DNA from: an uncultured Candidatus Saccharibacteria bacterium
GTDB taxonomy: Bacteria; Patescibacteriota; Minisyncoccia; UBA6257; 2-01-FULL-56-20
Length of the DNA: 64,000 nucleotides
NCBI GenBank assembly: GCA_964416665.1
Contig: CAYQFA010000001.1
Coordinates: 40,082 to 104,081 of the forward strand
Direction: 5' to 3'
The notes under the pieces were generated by a model, which was given only the letters and a program-made list of their open reading frames with translations, had not been told where the DNA came from and ran no database searches. The position numbers and the translations under genes are program-made. Positions 27,615-34,954 of the stretch are shown here, one piece after another. Each line of letters begins with the position of its first letter. Position 1 is the stretch's first letter.

Positions 27615-28952
27615 CTACTCTGGATTCACAAAGAGCGACTTGATCGTCTTGAGAATGATGGCCCAATCCAAAATCGGCGAGCGGTTCTTGAGGTAGTAGA
27701 TATCGTATTGCAGTTTTTCCACGACGTCGGCATCGGTGAGATCGGCGCGATGATGGATCTGCGCCCACCCCGTGATCCCGGGCTTGATAAAGAGCCGCGC
27801 TTCATAATAGGGGATCCGCTCCTCGAGCTTTGCCACGAACTCAGGCCGTTCCGGTCGTGGGCCGACAAAAGAAAGGTCACCGCGGATGATATTCCAAAGC
27901 TGTGGTAATTCGTCGAGGTGGGATTTGCGGAGGAACCCGCCGATGGGCGTCGTGCGTCGATCGTTCTTTGCCGCCCATTGCGCACCGTCCTTTTCCGCGT
28001 CCACGCGCATGGTGCGGAATTTATAGAACATGAACTCTTTCCCTTTCTCGCCGACGCGGACCTGTTTGTAAATGATGGGGCCGCGCGAGGTGAGCCTTAC
28101 GAGCAGGGCGATGATGATCTCGATAGGGATGAGAACGATGCCAAGCACGAGCGCCTCGATCAGCTCTGATGCCCTTTTAAGGGGATCATAAAAACGCGTG
28201 TCTCTGGCTATGTTCTCCAGGAACCAGGTCTCTTTGATCTCGGTAAGCGGGACCTTTCGCATGATAAGTTCATAGAGGCTTGTCATATCGGTTACGAGGA
28301 CGCCGCCGCCAAAGAGCTCGTAAAGCACGGCGACCAGTTTCGGCTCCTGCTTGAGATGGCTGGAAATGACGATGAGATTGATATGCTCACGCCGCGCGAT
28401 CGTTTTTATTTCCTCCGGCGTCGCGTACGCGGTCTTCTCTTCCACGTCTGCTTTGATGGCGTAGCCAAGCTGGGGATTCTCGGTGATGGTCTTTTTTATT
28501 TCTGCCGCGATCGTCCCGTCGCCGATGATGAGGGTTCGGTTGGGCGCTTCGCCGAACGCCATGGCGCGGTTCAAGGATCGGCGCCAAAATATTTCAATGA
28601 TCGTAAAAATGACGGCGAACAGCAGGAGGTTGGTCTTTGGCGCGATGCCGAACGCGGGAATGAGGTAGAAGAGTGATATCGCGAGGGCGGTATTCACTCC
28701 GATGCACAAGAAGAGCGTTTTGATGAAGTCCAGATTATTGCGAAGGCGACGCAGATCATAGAGTCCTGCGATATAGAAAACGGCGATCCATAGGACGAAG
28801 ATGGCGGTAAAGGGGAGCGCGTGCGCATCGCGGAATTGTGCGTAAAATCCGGAACCGTATCTGATGATAAGCGTGAGGAAGAGCGCCGCATAGAGTGCGA
28901 CGGCGTCTGCAATGACGAACAAAAAAGCCTTTAATTTATGGACGGCATCCAT
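27615..28952 (-). CDS. polyprenyl-phosphate hexose-1-phosphate transferase (WbaP/WcaJ-like initiating sugar transferase, Bac_transf)
   Basis: N-terminal TM block, then a C-terminal Bac_transf domain: DELPQLWNIIRGDLSFVGPRPERPEF…PGITGWAQI. Confidence 0.75.
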   Translation of the reverse strand: MDAVHKLKAFLFVIADAVALYAALFLTLIIRYGSGFYAQFRDAHALPFTAIFVLWIAVFYIAGLYDLRRLRNNLDFIKTLFLCIGVNTALAISLFYLIPAFGIAPKTNLLLFAVIFTIIEIFWRRSLNRAMAFGEAPNRTLIIGDGTIAAEIKKTITENPQLGYAIKADVEEKTAYATPEEIKTIARREHINLIVISSHLKQEPKLVAVLYELFGGGVLVTDMTSLYELIMRKVPLTEIKETWFLENIARDTRFYDPLKRASELIEALVLGIVLIPIEIIIALLVRLTSRGPIIYKQVRVGEKGKEFMFYKFRTMRVDAEKDGAQWAAKNDRRTTPIGGFLRKSHLDELPQLWNIIRGDLSFVGPRPERPEFVAKLEERIPYYEARLFIKPGITGWAQIHHRADLTDADVVEKLQYDIYYLKNRSPILDWAIILKTIKSLFVNPE

Positions 28953-28964
28953 GGCATCCTTGTT

Positions 28965-29843
28965 TTACCACGTTTTGACGAAATAGGCGATGGTCGCGGC
29001 GAGCAGGAAAAAACAAACAAGGGCGCCTGCCGCGATGGCGAATTCCCTGGTTTTGCTCTCCGGTTTGCAGATGCCGCTCTGGCCATCCGCGAAGCGCACT
29101 TCCGTTGACACCGTGGTGAACGGCCGGTTGAAGAGCGTGATCCAAAAATAATTGAGCGTATAACGTACCCCCATGGTAAAAACACCCTCCTTCGCGATCC
29201 TTCGCCCCGACGAGCGCAGGGAAAACCGGAATGAGAAGACCACCTTTCCGATCTTATTGAGCCGCTTTGCAAGATCGGCATCATCGCCGTAAAACTTGAG
29301 ATCGACGTTGTGTCCGCCGATTTTGCGCAGGGCCGATGAGCGCACCACCGCACCGCCGCCTTGGATCGCTGATGTGGTATGGAGGATGAACCGGTTTGTG
29401 AAGTAAACCAGCCAGGAGAGACAATCAAAGGTTCTTGTGAGGATGCGCATCGCGACGGGTAGGTCATAAAAAACGAACGGACCGCTCACGCAGACCAGTT
29501 TCGGGTCGAGTGCAAATTCCCCCTCGACTCGCGCGATCCAGTCGGGGACGACTTCGGTATCGGAGTCGAGAAAAGCGACGAGGTCGCCATGCGAAGCCTC
29601 GAAACCGGTCTCCCGCGCGCGATTTGCGCCGCGCCGCGGCTCGCGGAGGAGCGTTACGTGATGGTATCTTCCGACGACTGCCGCGGTGCCGTCCGTAGAG
29701 TTGTTGTCCACTACGATGACCTCGTAGTTGGCATCCTTGCCTATCGCATAATCCGGTCCGCCGATTGCGGCAGTGATCATATCAAGACAATGAGCGATAT
29801 AATGCTCTTCGTTGTACGCGGGGATGATAAAGCTGAGTTTCAT
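28965..29843 (-). CDS. glycosyltransferase family 2 (with C-terminal TM helix)
   Basis: LSFIIPAYNEE…VIVVDNNSTDGT…LDSDT. Start ATG at 29843 (ATGA overlap) or 29858. Confidence 0.7.
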   Translation of the reverse strand: MKLSFIIPAYNEEHYIAHCLDMITAAIGGPDYAIGKDANYEVIVVDNNSTDGTAAVVGRYHHVTLLREPRRGANRARETGFEASHGDLVAFLDSDTEVVPDWIARVEGEFALDPKLVCVSGPFVFYDLPVAMRILTRTFDCLSWLVYFTNRFILHTTSAIQGGGAVVRSSALRKIGGHNVDLKFYGDDADLAKRLNKIGKVVFSFRFSLRSSGRRIAKEGVFTMGVRYTLNYFWITLFNRPFTTVSTEVRFADGQSGICKPESKTREFAIAAGALVCFFLLAATIAYFVKTW

Positions 29844-30559
29844 CGTATTTGTTTCCATTCACTGCTGTACGACCGGTGAAAGTGTTTTACGTAAAAATTA
29901 TTCAGGAACCATTGGAGCCAGAGCCGGGGCCAGCCGATCTGGTGGGCGCGACGGCCGGTATGGTATACCGTGAGCCGCCATTCCATCAGCGTCCTCCCGA
30001 TGGTCGCAAGCCGCACGAACATATCCTCATCTTCCGCCGCCGCGAGATTTTCCTGGAAGCCGTGCAGTTTTTCGAATGCGTCGCGTCGGATCATTTCGAT
30101 CTCGCCGGAAGCGCTTCCCACGTGGCGCGTATTGTTCCGCCGTCGATGACGGAGGTTCGTAAGGCCGAACACAATATTATCGAGCCACGTCGCGTCTTCG
30201 GGGAAGACATTGAGTTGCGTGGTGACGCCGACAAGATTTGGGTCGGCAGCAAAGTCATCGACGACGATCTTGAAAAAATGGTTGGGATCGGGAACGAATA
30301 CGTCGGCATCGATGAAGATGAGAAAATCTCCCCGCGCCGCCGCCGCGCCCTGATTCCGATTCCAGCCGATCGTATGGTGCCTTTTGGTGATGATCACTCT
30401 CGCGTAGGCGCGGGCGATCTCGGCGGTCCGGTCGTCGCTTTCACTATCGGCGACGATAAGTTCGTAGGGGTATGCCGTGAGATTGTCGTGGATCTGCTTG
30501 AGTGTTTTCTCGATGGCGAGCTCTTCGTTCAGCGTGGGGACAACAATGGAGAGTAGCAT
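29840..30559 (-). CDS. glycosyltransferase family 2
   Basis: ATG at 30559 (MLLSIVVPTLNEE) lies 7 nt downstream of the dedA stop. LIVADSESDDRT…IDADV motifs. The longer track ORF starts at a TTG inside dedA. Confidence 0.65.
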   Translation of the reverse strand: MLLSIVVPTLNEELAIEKTLKQIHDNLTAYPYELIVADSESDDRTAEIARAYARVIITKRHHTIGWNRNQGAAAARGDFLIFIDADVFVPDPNHFFKIVVDDFAADPNLVGVTTQLNVFPEDATWLDNIVFGLTNLRHRRRNNTRHVGSASGEIEMIRRDAFEKLHGFQENLAAAEDEDMFVRLATIGRTLMEWRLTVYHTGRRAHQIGWPRLWLQWFLNNFYVKHFHRSYSSEWKQIR

Positions 30560-30566
30560 GGTATTC

Positions 30567-31160
30567 CTAGAGTTTAGCATTAAATCGGGTGCGCATAAAC
30601 TTCCCAAAGCCGAAAAGGCCGAACGCGGCAACGACGATAAGGGAGATAACAAATGCCCATCGCAGGCTTTTGTCCACCCAGGTGTAGAAATTGCCGAGGA
30701 AGAAACCGGCGGCGAGCAGTATTCCCGTCCAGATGAACTGGCCGAATAGGTTTATGGTGAAATACTTTTTGAACGGGACTTTCGCCATACCGGCGGCGAC
30801 GAGCGTCGCGAGCGCGAAGCCGAGTCCCATGGTGATTTTTGAGATAAAAAGGATCTTTATCTGGTGGTCCTTAAAAAACCCTTCGGCACGTTCGACGTTC
30901 CCTTCGGTAAGATTGACGAAGCGTCCATACTTTTCGATGAGCGGCCGTCCGCCGTTCCGTCCGACGAAATACCAGAAAACGTCTCCCGTGAGGTCGCCGG
31001 CCATCAGAATGAGATAGATCGGCCAAAAACTGAAAAAGCCGATCCGGATCAGGAAGCCGGAAAGCAGCATCACAAGCGGCCCTTCGACGATGGCAAGCGG
31101 AAAGGCGATCGGGTAGCGGAACGTGAGCAGCCAGGACACCAGTGGGATGTTCAGAAACAT
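30567..31160 (-). CDS. DedA / VTT-domain family membrane protein
   Basis: 197-aa polytopic protein with the DedA-like core …GRNGGRPLIEKYGRF… and an extended -10 (TACTATAAT) 7 nt upstream of the ATG. Confidence 0.6.
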   Translation of the reverse strand: MFLNIPLVSWLLTFRYPIAFPLAIVEGPLVMLLSGFLIRIGFFSFWPIYLILMAGDLTGDVFWYFVGRNGGRPLIEKYGRFVNLTEGNVERAEGFFKDHQIKILFISKITMGLGFALATLVAAGMAKVPFKKYFTINLFGQFIWTGILLAAGFFLGNFYTWVDKSLRWAFVISLIVVAAFGLFGFGKFMRTRFNAKL

Positions 31161-31260
31161 GGGATAGATTATAGTATAACCGATTTCGGGGACGATAGGG
31201 CTTGCGACCGCACTCTATCGCTTCTTGAATAAAATCCGCTCGCGCGATAAAATTATTGCT

Positions 31261-32097
31261 ATGGAAGAACAAAAACAAGAAAATGGTGCGGAGGAAATGG
31301 AGATCGTGGTGCGTGATGGGAAAAAGAGGGACATCATCCTTCCTGTGAGCATCATCGTTGCCGCCATCATGATCGGCGGTGCCATTATCTTTATGACCCT
31401 TTATAAGGGCGGTTCTGCCCCCGGGGGGATGGCGAACAATCCCGCCGCCGCTGGTGGCGGTAATATTGCCGTTGCCACCAATACGGTTCCGTCATCGGCC
31501 TCGACGAGCGCGATCCTTGCCCTTGGCCCGCGCGATGCCGTTCTGGGCAATAAGAATGCGCCGGTGACGGTCATCGAATATGGCGATTATCAATGTCCGT
31601 TTTGCGCGCAGTATTTTCAGAATGTCCAGCCGACGATTTCTCAGCAGTATATTGATACCGGGAAAGTGAAAATGGTATTCAGAAACTTCGCATTTCTCGG
31701 CCCCGAATCGATAGCTGCCGCCGAGGCCGCAGAGTGCGCGGAAGACCAGAACCAGCTTTGGCCCTATCATGACGCGCTCTACAGCGCGAAACTCGCGGAC
31801 GATAATAAGGGTGGTACCGAAGATGACGGTGTGCTCAATCGGACCTTGTTCTTAGGCATCGCAAAGCAGCTCAATTTGAACATGGGGGATTTCACAAGCT
31901 GTCTTGATACTAATAAATACGCATCTTTGGTGGCCCAAGAAAAAGCCGACGGCGCGGTGCTTATTACGACGCTTGGTATTGCATCTACTCCCGCGACGCT
32001 GGTGAATGGCGTGTTGGTGACCGACAGCACCGGTAACAGCGTTGGCGCCGATCCGACCTTGGTTTTGACCGCGATCGCAAACGCCGTTGCAAAATAA
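31261..32097 (+). CDS. DsbA-family thiol:disulfide oxidoreductase (membrane-anchored, thioredoxin fold)
   Basis: CPFC active site (YGDYQCPFCAQYF) after a TM anchor. ATG at 31261; the track ORF begins at an upstream TTG. Confidence 0.65.
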   Translation: MEEQKQENGAEEMEIVVRDGKKRDIILPVSIIVAAIMIGGAIIFMTLYKGGSAPGGMANNPAAAGGGNIAVATNTVPSSASTSAILALGPRDAVLGNKNAPVTVIEYGDYQCPFCAQYFQNVQPTISQQYIDTGKVKMVFRNFAFLGPESIAAAEAAECAEDQNQLWPYHDALYSAKLADDNKGGTEDDGVLNRTLFLGIAKQLNLNMGDFTSCLDTNKYASLVAQEKADGAVLITTLGIASTPATLVNGVLVTDSTGNSVGADPTLVLTAIANAVAK

Positions 32098-32131
32098 ACT
32101 TGGATTGACTTCGATTATTTCGGCCTCTACA

Positions 32132-32368
32132 ATGGAGAGAGTGAAAGAGCACTGGATCGAACTTATGGTCGGAGCATTTGTTCTTGTGTCCCCGTGGTTC
32201 CTTGGTTTCTCGGATATTACGCTTGCGCGGTGGGGTAATGTGATATGCGGCCTCATCCTCATCCTTGTGAATATCTGGGCGATATGCGGGGATTCTCCGG
32301 TTCCTACTCTCACGGAAAACGTTCGTACGAAAAAATTAAAGAACAGCAAAAGCCGGGAAACCAATTAA
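32132..32368 (+). CDS. SPW-repeat small membrane protein
   Basis: Two hydrophobic helices, each with an SPW motif (VLVSPWFLGFS…). Confidence 0.45.
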   Translation: MERVKEHWIELMVGAFVLVSPWFLGFSDITLARWGNVICGLILILVNIWAICGDSPVPTLTENVRTKKLKNSKSRETN

Positions 32369-32387
32369 TACATTTTTTACAATCACT

Positions 32388-32624
32388 ATGGCAAAAGTAA
32401 CCATTTACAGCACTCCGGTCTGTGTCTACTGCAAGATGACGAAGGAATTTTTCGCGAAGAACAATATCAAGTACGACGAATTCAATGTGGCATCGGATCT
32501 GAAGGCCCGGGAGGAAATGGTGGGCAAGTCCCATCAACTTGGCGTTCCCGTCATTGATATTGATGGTACGATCATCGTTGGGTTTGATCAAAAGAAGCTC
32601 GAGGCGGCGCTTGGCCTGAAATAG
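32388..32624 (+). CDS. glutaredoxin / NrdH-like redoxin
   Basis: 78 aa with a CVYC active site in a thioredoxin fold (VTIYSTPVCVYCKMTKEFF). Confidence 0.7.
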   Translation: MAKVTIYSTPVCVYCKMTKEFFAKNNIKYDEFNVASDLKAREEMVGKSHQLGVPVIDIDGTIIVGFDQKKLEAALGLK

Positions 32625-32647
32625 CGACCAATTAAAATTTCATCAAT

Positions 32648-33568
32648 ATGATGTACGACGTCATTATCATCGGTGGCGGTCCCGGCGGCATCGCTGCCGG
32701 GGTTTACGCTGCGCGAAAAAAGATGAAGACGCTCTTGATCACCGACAGTTTCGGCGGACAGTCGCTGACGTCCGCGGGGATCGAGAATTGGATCGGCATA
32801 AAATCGATCTCGGGCTACGACCTCGCGAAGATGCTTGAGGAACATTTGCGTGCGCAGCAGGGTATCGAGATCGTTGATAACGACCTTGTGAGCGGCGTCA
32901 CAAAAAAGGATGGCGGTTTTGATGTTGTTACAAAGGGTGGTAAAACGTTCGAGACGAAATACATCCTTATGGCTTCGGGGAGCAGGAGAAAAAAGCTCGG
33001 TATTCCCGGCGAAGCGGAATTTGACGGCAAGGGCGTGGTGTATTGCTCGACGTGCGACGCGCCGATCTTCGGCGGTAAGACCGTGGTGGTCGTAGGCGGT
33101 GGAAATTCTGCGCTCGAATCGGTCGTCGATCTTCTGCCCTATGCGTCAAAGATCTATTTGATGGTTCGCAGTGACGTCATGCGGGGTGATCCTGTCACGC
33201 AGGAAAAATTGAAGAGTCATCCGCAGGTGGAGATTCTTTTCAATGCGGCGCCGCAGGAAGTAATTGGAAAAGATTTTGTGACCGGTTTGCGCTACAAAGA
33301 CGCGAAGACCGGCGAGCAAAAGGAATTGGCGCTCGACGGCGTCTTTGTCGAGATCGGTCTCGTGCCGAATTCCGATTTTGTAAAAGACCTCGTGACGCTG
33401 AACGAATTTGGCCATGTGATCGTCGATCACAAAACACAGCAGACGTCCTGCCCCGGCATCTGGGCCGCAGGCGACGTAAGCGACGTGCTCTACGACCAGA
33501 ATAATATCTCCGTAGGCGACTCTATCAAGGCAGTGTTGAATATCTACGACAGGGTGAAGAAGGATTAG
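32648..33568 (+). CDS. trxB: thioredoxin-disulfide reductase-like FAD/NAD(P) oxidoreductase
   Basis: FAD site DVIIIGGGPGGIAAG, redox-active CSTC, NAD(P) site VVVVGGGNSALE, and C-terminal GIWAAGDV. Confidence 0.7.
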   Translation: MMYDVIIIGGGPGGIAAGVYAARKKMKTLLITDSFGGQSLTSAGIENWIGIKSISGYDLAKMLEEHLRAQQGIEIVDNDLVSGVTKKDGGFDVVTKGGKTFETKYILMASGSRRKKLGIPGEAEFDGKGVVYCSTCDAPIFGGKTVVVVGGGNSALESVVDLLPYASKIYLMVRSDVMRGDPVTQEKLKSHPQVEILFNAAPQEVIGKDFVTGLRYKDAKTGEQKELALDGVFVEIGLVPNSDFVKDLVTLNEFGHVIVDHKTQQTSCPGIWAAGDVSDVLYDQNNISVGDSIKAVLNIYDRVKKD

Positions 33569-33683
33569 GAACGCAAGGTACTCTTTGTTTTGGAGGTCGC
33601 GTCGTTTTCTGCTGAAAACGCGCTACGCCTCGGCGCCTACGCGCCTCCGGCATACCTCCAAAACAAAGAGTACCTTGCGTTCC
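33568..33683 (+). repeat. 116-nt compound palindromic element: perfect 29-bp inverted repeat enclosing two internal hairpins
   Basis: Outer arms GGAACGCAAGGTACTCTTTGTTTTGGAGG (33568-33596) and CCTCCAAAACAAAGAGTACCTTGCGTTCC (33655-33683). The interior contains CGTTTT-CTGCTG-AAAACG and a GC-rich hairpin. Starts at the last base of the trxB stop codon. Confidence 0.6.
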
Positions 33684-33752
33684 TAATCCTTCTTCAGTTA
33701 GCCAGAATCAAGATTAATCCCCAGAGGGAAAGCCAAATAGCAAGGGTACGCA

Positions 33753-33791
33753 CTTTTGCGGCCTGCTGCGAAGACGCAACGGCCGCAAAAG
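33753..33791 (+). repeat. conserved-loop hairpin family member A
   Basis: Stem CTTTTGCGGCC/GGCCGCAAAAG (11 bp); 17-nt loop TGCTGCGAAGACGCAAC. Confidence 0.6.
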
Positions 33792-33837
33792 CATGTGCCC
33801 TTGCTATTTAGCCCAACTTGATGTATCATAATCCATA

Positions 33838-34104
33838 ATGCTTACTAAAAGAGTGAAATCCCGCATCGTCGGGGAACATAAAACGAGCGAAAAAGACACG
33901 GGTTCCGCCCAGGTTCAGGTTGCCATGCTTTCGCGTCAGGTTGGCGAACTCGCCACCCATCTCAAGAAAAATCCGAAGGATAACCATTCTCGTCGCGGGT
34001 TGTTAAAGATGGTCTCCAAGCGCAGGAAACTTCTGTCGTATCTGAAGAAACACGAGCCAGCCTCGTATGAAAAGTTGATCAAGAAGCTTGAACTTAAAAA
34101 ATAA
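33838..34104 (+). CDS. rpsO: 30S ribosomal protein S15
   Basis: 88 aa: MLTKRVKSRIVGEHKTSEKDTGSAQVQVAMLSRQVGELATHLKKNPKDNHSRRGLLKMV…. Confidence 0.9.
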   Translation: MLTKRVKSRIVGEHKTSEKDTGSAQVQVAMLSRQVGELATHLKKNPKDNHSRRGLLKMVSKRRKLLSYLKKHEPASYEKLIKKLELKK

Positions 34105-34775
34105 TGAAGCAAGGAACAAATTATTCCAACCAGCGAGTTGGGATTTTTGTTGATGTGTCGAATCTGTACCACTCAGCAAAAAATCTTTATCAGGGGCGCG
34201 TGAATTACGCCGAGCTCATCAAGCATCTTGTGGGCGGGCGCCAGCTCATTCGCGCCGTGGCGTACGTGGTGCGGAGCGAGGGCGTGGAACCGCAACAGCC
34301 GCGCGGGCATATGCGCATGGCCGAGAAGGACCAGGCTGCGGCAGTCTCGATCGTTCCGGCATCCGCGAACGCGAATGGATCGAATGGTACCGGCGACGGC
34401 GCGAACGGGGGTATGTCCTCCGAAGCGAGTTTCTTTGAAGCGCTCGAGAAAGCCGGACTTGAGCTTCGCATGAAGGACCTTCAGATCTACGCGGGCGGGC
34501 TTAAGAAGGGCGATTGGGATGTCGGCCTCACTGTGGACGTCATCCGCATGATGCCGTTCCTCGATGTCATTATTCTGGTCACTGGCGACGGCGATTACAT
34601 TCCGCTGGTCAATTATGTGAAATGGGCAGGAGGGCGAGTGGTCGAGATCGCCTCGTTTCGAAGGAGCGCATCGTCAAAACTGGTGGAGGCGGCGGACGAG
34701 TTCATAAACATAGAGGCTCTTCCGCGGGCGATCATGAAGTCGCGGTATGTCGCAAGGACGAAAAGGCCGCAGTAA
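34104..34775 (+). CDS. NYN-domain (LabA-like) predicted ribonuclease with an internal low-complexity insert
   Basis: VGIFVDVSNLYH…VILVTGDGDYIPL NYN/PIN-like motifs. The ATG overlaps the rpsO stop by 1 nt (TAATG). Confidence 0.6.
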   Translation: MKQGTNYSNQRVGIFVDVSNLYHSAKNLYQGRVNYAELIKHLVGGRQLIRAVAYVVRSEGVEPQQPRGHMRMAEKDQAAAVSIVPASANANGSNGTGDGANGGMSSEASFFEALEKAGLELRMKDLQIYAGGLKKGDWDVGLTVDVIRMMPFLDVIILVTGDGDYIPLVNYVKWAGGRVVEIASFRRSASSKLVEAADEFINIEALPRAIMKSRYVARTKRPQ

Positions 34776-34843
34776 ACGTACAGCAAGTAGCAGTCGGTAA
34801 AAGATCAAAAATAAATTAACTAACCGAAGCGCGATAAAGGGGA

Positions 34844-34919
34844 TGTCATTCCGAGCTTTGCGCGAGATCCGTCAAAACGGCATGGGCCGCAGCGATCTTT
34901 CTCAAAGCTCAGGATGACA
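34844..34919 (+). promoter_or_regulatory. long imperfect hairpin in the pnp 5' leader (candidate RNase III / autoregulatory site)
   Basis: Arms TGTCATTCCGAGCTTTGCGCGAGATC and GATCTTTCTCAAAGCTCAGGATGACA (26 nt, a few mismatches) around a 24-nt loop, 35 nt upstream of the pnp ATG. Confidence 0.4.
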
Positions 34920-34954
34920 AGACTCCCTCCGGTTCGCGGTTCAAAATTAAAAAT

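Noticed and set aside
33590-33811. 73-aa + strand ORF and other small ORFs inside the palindromic elements (also GTG start at 37127, ORFs 50885.., 50839..)
   Set aside because: These are read through perfect inverted repeats, so the peptide is forced by the palindrome. No start/SD context. Interpreted as non-coding structure.
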